A stretch of DNA of 63,091 bases, the filler included, from Corallochytrium limacisporum Hawaii (lineage: Eukaryota; Protista; Pluriformea): assembly GCA_002811645.1 (NCBI GenBank). It is 4 parts of 4 records of this genome, joined end to end, with 100 filler letters (N's around TTAATTAATTAA, not from the genome) between each part and the next. Parts side by side here need not be neighbours in the genome. Positions count along the whole stretch, not along the records: positions 1 to 19,444 come from PDIP01000146.1; positions 19,545 to 27,410 come from PDIP01000176.1; 2 more parts are not named here. One strand, 5' to 3'. Below the pieces are notes generated by a model, which saw only the letters and a list, made by a program, of their open reading frames with translations, was not told where the DNA came from and made no database searches. Every line of letters starts with the position of its first letter. Position 1 is the stretch's first letter. The position numbers and the translations under genes were made by a program. Below, piece by piece: positions 10,963 to 23,113 of this stretch.

Positions 10963-12428
10963 TCCTTTCCTCCTCCTCCCTTTCTTCCCCTTCGCAAGCC
11001 CACCACATTGGCATCTGAGTGTGCACATTATTTCCCTGAAGTCCATACCGGATAAGCTGATAGTTGCATATTAATGACGATCGACGCCTGCGTGGCCCAC
11101 TCCCATCCCCCACTTCCCGCCAACCTCCTCCCCACCCGTTTCCTTCCCACAGAAGACGTACCCAAAAATCTTAGAGCTTTGATGTGCGACAAGGTAAGCA
11201 TGCACGGAAAAGTCCTTTTGTCAAAGCCAAAACTCCTAAATTGAGTAGAGGAAGGACCTATCAAAGATGAAGAAAACTTTTTTTTGCGCCACGGATCCTT
11301 CTTCGTGTGGTAGTCCTCCGTTCAGTTGTGTGATGCGCCGCAGCCTGTCGTTTTGATCGAGCTGCGTTTGTTCGGTACGGTCGGATTGATCCTCCGGGAC
11401 CCCGAGTCTTGACCCGAGCATGGTAGGAACATCTAACTCAAGGTTCGGCACGCGTACTAAAGGGAGCCAGAGACCACAGGAAACCAAAGGCAATCACATT
11501 GTATTATTCTGACTTTGTGGTCCTCCCTCTCTCACTGATGAACGTGCGCGATTGTCCACCGGATCCTCTGTGCCCACTGCTGTGTCTGGTACTCTGATCA
11601 CTCCGGTAATGGGCCAGTGCTTTCCGTGAGTTCGGATACCAGTAGGGAACATCCGTATAGACATATGACCACTCTCCCTTGGATACTCGCACACATTTAC
11701 CCTGCTTTTGGGTATATCTCTTGGTCGTGTCCGCGAGAAGGTCTCGCGTGCCGGGAATTTCATCCATCCCCCAAAGACCAATGTGCCCGGTATGTGATAT
11801 TTTTCGTGGTCTTTTTGACACGCCTTCGGGCTCGGGAAGAAACGGGTGGCGAGGGTATTTTGCCCGCATGTGCTGACCTGTAAACATAGATACCAAATGT
11901 AATCAAAAGCGGGCACAAGATATTGCAGCGAAGCGCCGAAGGATCAATTGTTGAGGAACGTAGACTGCTACTAAGTGTCTACCGAGGAAAAGGAACTGAT
12001 TGATCTGCTGTACTTTGTGGTATCTGTACACTACAGCGTAAGGGCGCGTGCCCCCCCCCCCGGCGGACCTCTTCGGCCGGGACCAGGCTACACTATTGAT
12101 CTCTATTCCTTGAGCCCAATCCTTCTTTCCTTGAAAACCGCCCATTATCTCTCTTTTTGTCTCTCCGTCTCTCCCTCCACTTCCCGCTCTTCGCATCTTG
12201 GCCNNNNNNNNNNNNNNNNNNNNNNNNNNNNNNNNNNNNCAGCCCTCCTCCGCCGCACCCAAAACCGTCCCCGACCTGAGAATTCCCGGTCTCATCCCGC
12301 GTGAGCACAGGAAGGTTTTGCGTTCGCAGCGAGTTTCACTCGCTCTTAGGAAGATGTCATTCTATGTGTCTATTGACGTACGTTTGGCCTAAATGACTAA
12401 GGTGATTTGTATGGGAGATAGTGAATCC

Positions 12429-14474
12429 TTAGAAGTAGTACACTCTCTGATGGAACTCCATGAAGCCGGTGGCCAACATCATGTTCGACAAGAAGATCAG
12501 CATAACAAACCCGAGATATAGAGGAGAAAGACACACCAGTCTCATGACACGGTACATCTCTCGTGAAATTTGCTCAGGCATCCTCGTAGTAATGTACCAC
12601 TTGCAAGCCAAACCGCAACCACCAAGAACAAAGATGCTCACGCCAGCAAAGATGTAAGAGTTGCGTAGGGCTTCATCAGGCAAAACCTCGGGGATCTGGT
12701 TAAGGTGCACCTCGTCCTGATAGCTGCGATCTACGCTTTGGTCTCCGTAAGGGAAGTATTTGGCATTGGCGTTCTTTGTCAATACTGGCACAGTGATCAA
12801 GTAGAACACAGCGGCAGAGATTTGACTGAGAACTTTGAAGCCGAGGAATCGAATTTGCCTGCGTAGATATCCCAGACGTACATTCGAATGGCCCCGATCG
12901 TCAATGATATCTTCCTCAATAGGCTCTACAGTTGGAGGTTTCTTGCATTGGAACCAATACTTTAGTGCGTTCTTGATCCAGATGCGGAAGCGGAACCAGA
13001 GCCTGGTAAGGAAGAACATGTACGCAACATTTTCTAGAAACTTGACAGCCAAGATCAGAGTGAATGTGCCGCCGGGCTCATCGACATTTGGATATGCCAT
13101 GGTTTGCAATACATCATCAAGGTTCTCAAGCCACATGCCTGCGATCAGCATAGCCATCTCAATGGGCAACGAATCTCCAATGGCCAAGAGCGCCTTCTTG
13201 AACATGAAAAGGGCGAACGACAGAGCCAAGACCAAGATACGTTGAAAGCCACTACCAGCTTCTCGGAACGCAATGATGTAGAAGCCAAGCATGCAAATAA
13301 ATATGAAAATTGTGATACAGATATAGATATACCGCCGCACAATTTCCCTATACCTTTTCGGATCCATCACATCACGTCCAACTGGCATGAAACGCAGGCC
13401 GAGGATAGTCACAATAAATGTCAATGCCACATTGACGATCCCAGTAAACGCAAAGCTGCCAACATCGTAAAACAGAACAGGTACAAAGACTATGACCTGA
13501 ACGAAGTATACCACGACGAGAATGATCTTGTTTCCTTCTAAGGGCCGCCAAGGCAGCGCGTCATCCAGGGACCCCAAAAACAGGACCATGAGGATGTAGC
13601 TAATCAGCACTTGCGACACTGGCATGGTGAACAGAAGCCAGACAAGTTGGTCGTCAATCTCTTCTGTTGGCTCTGCCAGCGGAATAGAGAAATAAGCAGC
13701 GATGAAAAGTGAGGGAAGGATGGTGAATATTGAAATCCCGAGCACCATACCAAAGGATCCCTTGTTCCACAGCCAGAGCAGAAATGTTTCCACAAGTTCA
13801 ATAAATCTGATCCACATAGCGTCAACTGCACGAGTTTCTCCGTCGTCCTTTTCTTCTGTTATGGTATATGCCACAGCTGCAGGCTTTTGATCCCCGTTAG
13901 GATCTGTTCCGTTTGGTCCTGTGAGCTCCGATGCAGTGACTGGAATCGAGAGTCCAGCCGTTGACGACCTGGTAGCACTTACATCGCTATCTATTGATGG
14001 CACCGAGCTCGAGCCTCTCCGAAGGCTCTTTGGATCACTCCCTCTTGACGACACATTCTCGGCAGCGGACCGAGACCGTGAGTGTGCGCCTCGGGCAATG
14101 GTTGGATTACTTGCTCCCCATGTGTGTGATAATGGTGAAAGAATTGCTTCTGGCCGAAGTTCGTTACCCGAAGTTGATAATGCTTTCAATCTTTGCGAGT
14201 ATGTTGGAATCTCGTGTACACTGGCCCTCAGAGCACTCGGCTGTCCCGAACTCTCACTCGCGGACGTTGATGCCTCGTTTTCCCATGGCAATTCAATTTG
14301 GTCAACCTGTACCAAACTTCTGCTTACACCATTATTGACAGGAGCCTGCAAACTGGTTTCAAAGCTTTCATTTACACTGGCCTCGGAGCCTCTTGCAGAC
14401 GCAACCTCGGGGGGTACCATGGGAAGCGAACCCCGTGGTACATGCGACCTAGTCCGCTTATGCCCCCCTGTCAT
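12429..14474 (-). CDS. Uncharacterised polytopic membrane protein (~10-11 TM) with long Ser-rich N-terminal tail
   Basis: 681-aa ORF from the first ATG (ttcaacaATG), with repeated ~20-aa hydrophobic stretches after residue ~220. No family recognised. Confidence 0.85.
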   Translation of the reverse strand: MTGGHKRTRSHVPRGSLPMVPPEVASARGSEASVNESFETSLQAPVNNGVSRSLVQVDQIELPWENEASTSASESSGQPSALRASVHEIPTYSQRLKALSTSGNELRPEAILSPLSHTWGASNPTIARGAHSRSRSAAENVSSRGSDPKSLRRGSSSVPSIDSDVSATRSSTAGLSIPVTASELTGPNGTDPNGDQKPAAVAYTITEEKDDGETRAVDAMWIRFIELVETFLLWLWNKGSFGMVLGISIFTILPSLFIAAYFSIPLAEPTEEIDDQLVWLLFTMPVSQVLISYILMVLFLGSLDDALPWRPLEGNKIILVVVYFVQVIVFVPVLFYDVGSFAFTGIVNVALTFIVTILGLRFMPVGRDVMDPKRYREIVRRYIYICITIFIFICMLGFYIIAFREAGSGFQRILVLALSFALFMFKKALLAIGDSLPIEMAMLIAGMWLENLDDVLQTMAYPNVDEPGGTFTLILAVKFLENVAYMFFLTRLWFRFRIWIKNALKYWFQCKKPPTVEPIEEDIIDDRGHSNVRLGYLRRQIRFLGFKVLSQISAAVFYLITVPVLTKNANAKYFPYGDQSVDRSYQDEVHLNQIPEVLPDEALRNSYIFAGVSIFVLGGCGLACKWYITTRMPEQISREMYRVMRLVCLSPLYLGFVMLIFLSNMMLATGFMEFHQRVYYF

Positions 14475-16770
14475 TGTTGAATATTTGTTATGAAGGGACA
14501 CTTCAAGTGCTCATTGTGAGCTCATGCATGTAAAAAGACGTATTGTGAAGGATGCATCGCCATACCTGATGCTATTTTCTTTCTCAAACCCACGGAATAG
14601 GACTAATGTGTTCTCTAGGAGAGGAACCGATTCTCAATGTATTTAACTATTCATATGGACATTGACAATTGTCCCTGGTAATACATACCTGCACAATATG
14701 GGACATTATTCTAAGGCTCCTTAAGAGCTGTAACGGGTTACCATACCAGACACCTTGCGAATATTGTTGAAACTACGGTTCGGGTCAGGAGGTCTCGTCC
14801 CTAAACGTATTATTGGAACAAAGACCAAGAGATGGGGCTACGTAGAAGAGTCTTCTCCATCTCTGGCGCAATCTCATACAGATAGTATGGAAATCCCTCT
14901 CATTCATTAATGGGCGAGCTCCTCGTCCTTGTCCGGTCCCACCACACGGGCGTCAGGAATGAAACTCCCGAGGAAACATTCCTTCCGTTTTGTTTCAGTA
15001 CTCCCGTTAACAACGCGCAGGGGGTCTCGCAGAAGAGCGGGCGAACGCCCCCGCGCCCCCTTGAGCGGGTCAGGGAGTCGTACAGTTCCGTGGTACCCAA
15101 AGCGGGTGTCCACAGGGAACGGGGCCTCCCATCTGTGAAATCTTCCTTCTTTTGGGAATCCCTCACGAATAGTATGGGCAGCCAGCCGCACGGGAAAAAG
15201 GGGGCGGCGGGAAGCAGCCAGCAGTCCTCCATCGCACCAAAGCTCGGGGGGAGACTGAACTACTCTTTTGGTTCATTCTTACTGTTTCGGTATGGAGAAT
15301 TAGCAACGGAACCGGAACCGGGCGAAGGGTATGGAAAAAGAGAAGCTTTATGTTTAATCCTACGCGAAGAAGGATACCTCATTACTCCCGGCCGACCTTC
15401 AAAACCGGAAAGGCACCACACACCTGTCCGTGCCACCACCCCTTTTATCGTCGAGACCCGGTCTCTGATCAACTCTCAGCGGTTTTGGGGGGTATGTGTG
15501 TGTGTGTGTGTGTGAAGATGAACCGCAGCAGGCAAACAGCACCGTACGTTTTAGCCTCCTCAATCACAATCACGGGTGCAATCAGGCGAAATTAATACAC
15601 CTCCCCGCCGAGACAACTACGTCCAAAATAATCCCTCTCCGGAAGCAACCCCCAAAAACCCAAACCCCTCCCTCGCCCCGGGAGGATGGCCTCTCCTCTG
15701 CACTTTTACCCACGTTTGGCCACCGCAATCCGGAACCTTGTTAAAGTTGGCGATCCCAGACCGGAGGATTTACACAGGACTCAGGGAGGGAGCGTGCGGA
15801 TGTGCTTCAGTGATAGACTAAGGCCCCCCCCGGGGGGGGGGGGTTTCTTATTAACTGCCAGAGGAGACGGATAAACTGGAAGGGAACGGGGAAAACAGTG
15901 GCGAAACGCATTCTTCGGCAGTATGACCGGAACAGTGCCAACGCTCACGAGTGGGAGATTTGAAGCGTGCGGTTGAGATCACCAGAAATTACCCTTACAC
16001 TTTTGATCAACTAAGGTGGTCACTTTCCTGTCAAACTGCTCTCGGGATGAAACCAGGGTTCCACATCTACGTTCAAGGTATACGTCAGAGCGTCCGTATC
16101 CGGAACATCCAACTGTCGGGACAAACAGTGAAGATATTGGATGGTCATTCATGCCGGGAATACCCGAATAGCGTATAAATGTGCACCAGGAAGTGGTCCG
16201 ACCCTGAACTCTGTGCTCCCTTTTCAAGGTTTCCCATGTGAGGGGAGGGCTAAGTCCCGCGTTTGGTCAACAGCGACTCGGATACACGAGAGAGGCAAAC
16301 TAAGATACAGAGGGAGTGGAAGGTGAGGAGCCCTCCGTCCCTTAAGACCACTGGCGCTTACAGTCAGTCCGCAAGACCCCGGGTTGCCCTAGTTTGCGCG
16401 ATCAAAATCGCGGGTAGGTAGGCAAGGGGCACCCATCCGAGGTGGAATTTTCCGCAGTCGCGTGACCCGTGTGTGCAGTGGATCGCATGCCCGGCTGGGC
16501 TGCGTAGTGTGCGCACACGGCCATGGCCTGGGCGTTTTTGTAGTAGAAGAAATGCAAGATTACATCCATTGCAACAGTACCTCCAGTCTGAAGTTGACTA
16601 GCGCAGTTCCAGGCTATATCTTGCAGTGCAGCACTTGACAAGTGACACACATGTTTGACTTGGCCTGGAGGAGATGGAGTCTGTGGCGTTCAACATATGA
16701 AATGTAGCGGGGTTGCGTCCATCTCCAGTAGACTGGAGCAAACGAGTCAGCCAGCCAGCCAAATAGCATT

Positions 16771-18927
16771 ATGGCGATACGATTAAGGCATGTTCGCCCC
16801 ACGCGAAAATGGCTGGGCCTTGTCCGTCAAGGTCTCCTTCTGTTGTGCGTCCTGGGATTCTTTCGGTACTCATGGACTAGTTTCCATGTCGATAGGTCAT
16901 ACTGCAGAGGGGCTGAATACACAGCCGCCGTGTGTGTTCACTCGGCGTGGTCAAACCATTTCAAGCGGAATGTTTGGCGCCATTTCTGGCTGAGTAGTGA
17001 GGATCCAAACTCCGAGCAAATTGTGTACGCATTTGTCGTGGGCTTGGACGGATCAATGACCGATGAGGAGGTCAACACCCTGCGCGCGGAAGCAGCGTAT
17101 TTTCAGGACATTCTTGTTGTGGATCTCCTCGAGGAAAACTACAGCCAATTGGCAAAGAAGACAAAGTACTGTGTGGACTACTTTATCCAAGAGGAGTTTG
17201 AATTTGAGTTTTTCCTGAAGACCGATGATGATACCATTGTCTTCTTGGACCGGATAAAGGAACTAATGCGAAAGACATTGTGTTTCCTTCCCAGAGTTTA
17301 CTTCGGTTTCCAACACGGTCCGACACCGGTCGCAAACCCAAATTTGGAGAAAACAATGCCCGTAAAGACGGATAAATACTTTGAGTGGCACTATCCGAAT
17401 AAATTGTGGCCAAGGTGGATGCAGGGTGGTCTCTATGGATTCTCCTACGACCTTGCCAAAGATGTGGCGAAATGGACAAATCCTGATCACTATGTATCGG
17501 AAGACATTACTGCAGCCCTGTGGATGCACAAATTGGAAGCTATCTTCTGGACGTTCAAGTCCCGCCACTTGATGTTTTTAAGGTTCGACGAGTTCGATAT
17601 GCCCTCTAGCGACGATCTGCTAACGATATTCCAGTCTGGTCCCATCCACATGAGTGCCATACGTGAGGGAAGCAAACTGATGCCACAGGAGGAAGGGGTC
17701 AAGGAAGAACACGGTGTCAAGGTGGAACAAGTTGGTCATTTAATGAGATGGGAAGATCTCACTAAGATGACGGCCCCGAAACCGATTGTTCCTAACATTG
17801 AATGGTTTCGATCCCTGTCCTTTCTCCGGTTTGGCTTAGTCAGGCCGGACGAAACCTTCCAGATGTGGCCTGATAATTTTATGAAGGATGTGGTAAAACA
17901 GCTAAAAGAATGCGTAAGCATCACGCCGCACGACATCAGTCCGTACAATGTGCCTGTGGCAGACCACACACCAGTGGATGCATACCTCGCGCGGTTGCAA
18001 AACGAACTGGAACCCGTAATCTGGGAGGACCAGACTGATTGGTGGAAAAACATGAAGGAAAGCTACCGAAAGAAGAAAGGATCCGCCGTATTAGGATACC
18101 AAGACATAGACATGTATCCTGTACACATCCTGTCGGAAGTCAATTGGCTCGCACTGGACGATTTCTTCGCCCGGGTCACCAGTGGAGCTGGTCTCAAGGC
18201 GACATTCTACGTCATGAGTCCATCATTGTCCCGTGAAGAGATTGAATTGCTCGCCCCCACAGCGACGCGACACAGCCTATTCTCATTTCTGCCGTGCTAC
18301 ACTGCTTCTGACAAGGATACTCCAGTGTGGACCTATGTGAAGCGTCGTAAAGGCATCATGTGGATGTGTAATGAGGATAAGTCGATCGAACACATTCAAA
18401 CCCATTTTGAGGCCTACACCAGCAGAGACATGAAACTGTTTGTCATGGAACTGCTGCGTTGGCTCGGTTTCAATCAGATTGTCATATGGGGTAGACCCCA
18501 TGGCAGCTATGTCGAGTTGTTCACAGAGCGATTAGGAACGTTACGAGAGCAAGGAATAGGCATCGGACAGGTGGTGCTCAGGCGAAAATCATTTCACATT
18601 CCTCAGATGATTGGAGACATCGAACTCGAAAGGCAGGTTTTCTTGCTGCTGGAGTCTATGCCAATTGGATTGTGGGATCTGCTGGATCCGTCCAGCGGCC
18701 ACATCCGGAACACAACAGCCTTCTTCTCAAAGCTGCCAATTATAACAGAGACCGTGCAATGGGATGACGCGACAAATGCGCAAATTGTAGATCAGACCAT
18801 GAGCATTGCGAAGCATCGCCTTTGGTTGGACACACACATTCCGTATGGCCCTGTGGGTCATTATTATCTCTGGGTCTCCCGCGCATATCAAAATACGCTT
18901 CAGCAGAGCATGACTGTCCGACATTAG
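16771..18927 (+). CDS. GT31 (Galactosyl_T) type II membrane glycosyltransferase with long C-terminal extension
   Basis: N-terminal TM anchor. RNVWRHFW, AFVVG, ENYSQLAKKT, FLKTDDDT, GGLYGFS and SEDI motifs typical of GT31. Confidence 0.85.
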   Translation: MAIRLRHVRPTRKWLGLVRQGLLLLCVLGFFRYSWTSFHVDRSYCRGAEYTAAVCVHSAWSNHFKRNVWRHFWLSSEDPNSEQIVYAFVVGLDGSMTDEEVNTLRAEAAYFQDILVVDLLEENYSQLAKKTKYCVDYFIQEEFEFEFFLKTDDDTIVFLDRIKELMRKTLCFLPRVYFGFQHGPTPVANPNLEKTMPVKTDKYFEWHYPNKLWPRWMQGGLYGFSYDLAKDVAKWTNPDHYVSEDITAALWMHKLEAIFWTFKSRHLMFLRFDEFDMPSSDDLLTIFQSGPIHMSAIREGSKLMPQEEGVKEEHGVKVEQVGHLMRWEDLTKMTAPKPIVPNIEWFRSLSFLRFGLVRPDETFQMWPDNFMKDVVKQLKECVSITPHDISPYNVPVADHTPVDAYLARLQNELEPVIWEDQTDWWKNMKESYRKKKGSAVLGYQDIDMYPVHILSEVNWLALDDFFARVTSGAGLKATFYVMSPSLSREEIELLAPTATRHSLFSFLPCYTASDKDTPVWTYVKRRKGIMWMCNEDKSIEHIQTHFEAYTSRDMKLFVMELLRWLGFNQIVIWGRPHGSYVELFTERLGTLREQGIGIGQVVLRRKSFHIPQMIGDIELERQVFLLLESMPIGLWDLLDPSSGHIRNTTAFFSKLPIITETVQWDDATNAQIVDQTMSIAKHRLWLDTHIPYGPVGHYYLWVSRAYQNTLQQSMTVRH

Positions 18928-19353
18928 GTGTATAGCGTTGACGATAGCATCAATATAGTTTCATCATCACAGTCAGTTTTATCAAGACAGACCTAGCATC
19001 AATAGGCGCTTTCGCCAGAACCATTCTGCCCTCCGTTGGCGCCAATCTAGCGGCCTTCGCCTTAGTGATTTGTTTTTGATTTGAATCAATATATTTTTTT
19101 CCCAAGGAATCTGCAGAACTCCCACTACCTCCCGGCTGTTACGAGGAAGCTCATAGCCGGTGGAATATTTTTGCGCAATACCGAGGCTACCGAAATGAGA
19201 CTTTGGTTTCCATATACAGTGTGCTACTTCTATCTCTATCGAAGAAAAATGATAATCGGGAGCATGGCACAATAGACTATCTGAGTCGTGTCACCGTCGT
19301 CACTCTTCAACCATTTATTCCACCGCGGGTAGAGCTGCATAATGATAACCATG

Positions 19354-19635
19354 TACCAACCTCTGCCCCATAAGTTAAGGAGGAATTTAGGTTTATAGGG
19401 TCGCAACCTTCTTTGAATCAAATAAATCTTATCACATTTGATTTNNNNNNNNNNNNNNNNNNNNNNNNNNNNNNNNNNNNNNNNNNNNTTAATTAATTAA
19501 NNNNNNNNNNNNNNNNNNNNNNNNNNNNNNNNNNNNNNNNNNNNAAATCAAATGTGATAAGATTTATTTGATTCAAAGAAGGTTGCGACCCTATAAACCT
19601 AAATTCCTCCTTAACTTATGGGGCAGAGGTTGGTA
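19354..19635. mobile_element. Pair of perfect 89-nt terminal inverted repeats flanked by TA, with the interior lost in a linker gap
   Basis: 19356-19444 is the exact reverse complement of 19545-19633. Termini are TA|CCAACCTCTG...CAGAGGTTGG|TA. The reconstructed empty site is ATG-TA-CAT. Confidence 0.75.
19445..19544. other. Artificial contig linker N44-TTAATTAATTAA-N44
   Basis: Identical 100-nt construct also at 27411-27510 and 39236-39335. It is a six-frame stop spacer. Confidence 0.97.
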
Positions 19636-21595
19636 CATTAACTACCATAGAAACCGGGGCCTAATAATTTGCGAAGCCAGGAAGAAGAAAGGGGGGTGGG
19701 TAAAGTGGTGGGGAGCTGGCTGGATGGCCGTGGGGTGCCTATGGACCCACCATCCCTGTCGCACTAGTGCGGTACTTTCAGTATGGGACGGGGCCATCGG
19801 TTTGGCTGAGCTAATTTGTGCAACGGTGGAAGAAATTTTATTTTCTTCCCATTACTCTGTGTGGCCTCACCGTAGTAAATGGCGTCGAAGGACGGGGAGT
19901 GTACCAGAGGAGAGGCTGTAAAGTTTTTCTTCGTCTCTACTACACCATTCTCTCTTGGGCCCATAGTGAAAGGACCACTGCAGAGATTCTGAACCTCATG
20001 AAATTGGTGCAGCGGCACACGGTAGTGCACCTCCCAATATTTTTCTTTTTTGGTCTCCCCTTGTTTTCCTTGTTTTCAATATACCACTATGCAATTTGCA
20101 ATTAGTCATAGACTTACTATTATTATCTCGGATTACCTTTAAATCCAACCACCTTGGTACCTTGCCTTTAATTCTTAGTGCTGGCATCATTGAATCTCGG
20201 TGATATATTATATACGGACTATCCATATATTTGTCACGGATGAGCATGCGGAGTGTCGGTGGTCATCAACCGTGCCATCAGTGGATCAACAAACAGAGCG
20301 GAAACACCGCAGTCACAGAGAATAGCAAGTAAGAGCATGGCGCATGCTTTTTGGTGTTCGGTTCTTGTAGCACGTCCCCGGCGCATCGATCAATAAAGCC
20401 ATTGGTTTACTATTCCCGCATGGTCAGCTCTACACGAGCACGCCAAAAAGTAAAGTGACAGACATTAGCAAATACTAGAGATAAGGAGTCAATTTGAGAA
20501 CGAGCATGATGGGAGCACGAGTCCTGAAGGATGTTTTTGGGAATCGAATAATCAAATAGAGATTGCACGGGAAGAGCACGCCTGGTTACAATGGAGAGAG
20601 AAGGGAAAAAGAGAAGTCGTCGAGAATAAACAACAAAGAAAAGAAAACCCATAGGCAGTCAGTCAGAATGTATCATACCCCTCTCACCCGTGGCACATTC
20701 TCTACAAGCATCCCGGAGGAAGCGAGACAATGATTAACCGGAAGTTAGGAAGACGAATTAACGCACCAGTTCACCGGCGCCGGTCGGGCGGAACGGTCAT
20801 CTACCGACAGGTCAAGGACGCCACGCAGGCATCTCGCTTGACTGCCGCTCTATCGCGCTCAGGGTACGACACTACATCGTAAAAAACACGAAGAATACAC
20901 TCGTCCTCCTGACTGGAAGGTTTGTCTTTGTTGGAAATCAAAGACGGGAAACCAACTTCACAATGATCCTGCAAAGTACGGTCTTAATTCAAAAAGCTAA
21001 GGCTTTCTCTGCCACATGAGAGAAGATTTATTTATACCTAGAGCTGCCAGAGGTCACGCACGCATGCACACACAGACGCTCACACACATTGTCTCTCTTC
21101 CTCTAGCGCTCATGCTTTCGTGTCCCAACGTGCCACATGGCTTTCGGCGCAGACCTTTCAAAAATTACACACACGTCGGCTTGGAACGTTTGTGTGTGTG
21201 TGCCGAATATGTGTGTCAGGAATGCACGTACGCGGGTGAATCCCCGCCTCCTCCCCATTCTCACTGGCACACCCTCCCCTATTTCCACGCGGTCAAACTT
21301 CCACCAAGCCTGGGCGGACCCGTATATTAATATCCACCTTGCCCCCTTGTGTATATAAAAAGTACGGAAACATCAGTTCTTTACAAATTCAAGGAGGTAA
21401 ATGCTAGTCTATTTATAAGAGAATATAAAATTCAGGATTATCAGTATATAGTTTTAGGCTCTGACTTTGAGGAGGTTGCTGTGTTGCTTGTGCTGAGTTT
21501 GCTTGTTAGTGCATTTTGTGTGTGTGACATCCGTGCTGTGTTGGTGCTCTTGAGCAAATAGACAAGTGGAGCCTCGGAGCCATGACTACCTTTGC

Positions 21596-22999
21596 TTACA
21601 CAACGCCCTGAGCCTTCATCGCCCTCGCAACCTTGGCGAAACCAGCAATGTTGGCACCCAGGCGCAGATTGTGTTCGTTTTCACTGTACTTCTTCGCGGC
21701 ACCATGGCTGGCCTCGTAGATGTCGTTCATGATGCGCTTGAGCTCATCATCGACCTTTTCAGCGTTCCAAAAGATACCGTGTTTGTTCTGAGACATCTCA
21801 AGTCCACTGACGCTGACACCACCGGCGTTGGCTGCCTTGCCAGGACCGAAGATGATCTCGTGGTCATCGTAGAAATCGATGGCTTCCGTGGTTGAGGGCA
21901 TGTTAGCACCTTCAACGACATACTTGACACCGACATCCTTCAGCTTTAACGCATCTTCCTCGTTGATTTCATTCTGGGTCGCGCACGGGAACGCAACCGT
22001 GGCAACCTGCACCACGTCCCAAGGCGTCTTGCCCTCATGGTATACACCGATGGTAGGCTTGAGTTCGCTCAGACGGCCTTTCTTGTGGAACTTCAGCTCC
22101 ATGAGCTTGTTGATGTCGTCCGCAGTAAAGCCGTCAGCCTTGTACAGTGTACCCTTCGAATCACTCACAGTCACGGGCTTACCGCCGAGGTCCAAAACCT
22201 TGTCCGCGCCAAAGAGTGCGACGTTACCGGATCCGGAGATGGCTACGGTCTGGTCCTTGAGCGCGTCTGTTTTGTAAAGCCCGTCTTTACCATTGATCAT
22301 GTCGGCCAGGAAATAGGTGGCACCATAGCCAGTGGCTTCGGGGCGCATCTTGGAGCCGCCAAAGTCCGCTGGTTTACCCGTGAGCACCGCCCCATGGAAG
22401 TCGCCAACGATTTTCTTGTACATGCCGAAGAGGTAGCCAATTTCAGCACCACCGACGCCAATGTCACCGGCGGGCACGTCTCGGTCGGGTCCAATGTACT
22501 TGTACAATTCAGAGATAAAAGCCTGGCAGAAACGCATGATTTCGTTGTCAGACCGGCCCTTGGGATCGAAGTCAGATCCACCCTTAGCACCGCCCATTGG
22601 CAGTTGTGTTAGGGAATTCTTGAAGATCTGTTCAAAGCCGAGGAACTTGAGGATAGAGAGGTTCACGGAAGGGTGGAATCTGAGTCCTCCCTTGTACGGA
22701 CCAATTGCGCTATTAAATTGCACACGGTAGCCGCGGTTAACGTGAGTCTTGCCTTGGTCGTCGACCCAGGGGACGCGGAACATGATCACACGCTCGGGTT
22801 CCAGCAACCGTTCCAAGACATCAAGGTACTGCGGTTCCTGTTCAAGGAAGGGCAAAATGTCCTTCATGATTTCTTCAGCAGCCTGGTGGAACTCAGGTTC
22901 ATTGGGACTGCGTTTCTTGGCAGACTCAAAGATCTCCTGAACCTGCTGCTTGACTTTGGTGGCATCTTGCACCTGTCCCATTTCAGTGTTTGGGGGCAT
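21596..22999 (-). CDS. GDH1: NADP-specific glutamate dehydrogenase (GdhA/GDH1 type)
   Basis: ERVIMFRVPW, GPYKGGLRFHPSVNLSILKFLGFEQ, GGAKGGSDFDP, RPEATGYG, GSGNVA, EGANMP, KAANAGGV. Strong codon bias. Confidence 0.97.
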   Translation of the reverse strand: MPPNTEMGQVQDATKVKQQVQEIFESAKKRSPNEPEFHQAAEEIMKDILPFLEQEPQYLDVLERLLEPERVIMFRVPWVDDQGKTHVNRGYRVQFNSAIGPYKGGLRFHPSVNLSILKFLGFEQIFKNSLTQLPMGGAKGGSDFDPKGRSDNEIMRFCQAFISELYKYIGPDRDVPAGDIGVGGAEIGYLFGMYKKIVGDFHGAVLTGKPADFGGSKMRPEATGYGATYFLADMINGKDGLYKTDALKDQTVAISGSGNVALFGADKVLDLGGKPVTVSDSKGTLYKADGFTADDINKLMELKFHKKGRLSELKPTIGVYHEGKTPWDVVQVATVAFPCATQNEINEEDALKLKDVGVKYVVEGANMPSTTEAIDFYDDHEIIFGPGKAANAGGVSVSGLEMSQNKHGIFWNAEKVDDELKRIMNDIYEASHGAAKKYSENEHNLRLGANIAGFAKVARAMKAQGVV

Positions 23000-23102
23000 C
23001 TTGATTTGTAGTTTGTGTTGAAAGTGATTTGTTGCTGTCCATACGACTGCTTTGTTTAATGATCATTCATCCTTCCCGTCATCGGATCCTCGGCCCTGCT
23101 CC

Positions 23103-23113
23103 CGTTTTATACC
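23103..23113 (-). promoter_or_regulatory. Candidate TATA box of GDH
   Basis: Minus-strand TATAAAA about 105-110 nt upstream of the ATG, ahead of an A/C-rich leader. Confidence 0.4.

Noticed and set aside
11236-11916. Overlapping minus-strand ORFs with a faint integrase-like 'WGMD' word
   Set aside because: No HHCC or DDE spacing, no LTR/RT remnants, and not enough evidence for a retroelement.
19489-19500. TTAATTAATTAA palindrome between N runs (three copies)
   Set aside because: Artificial six-frame-stop linker. Adjacency across these joins is not guaranteed.
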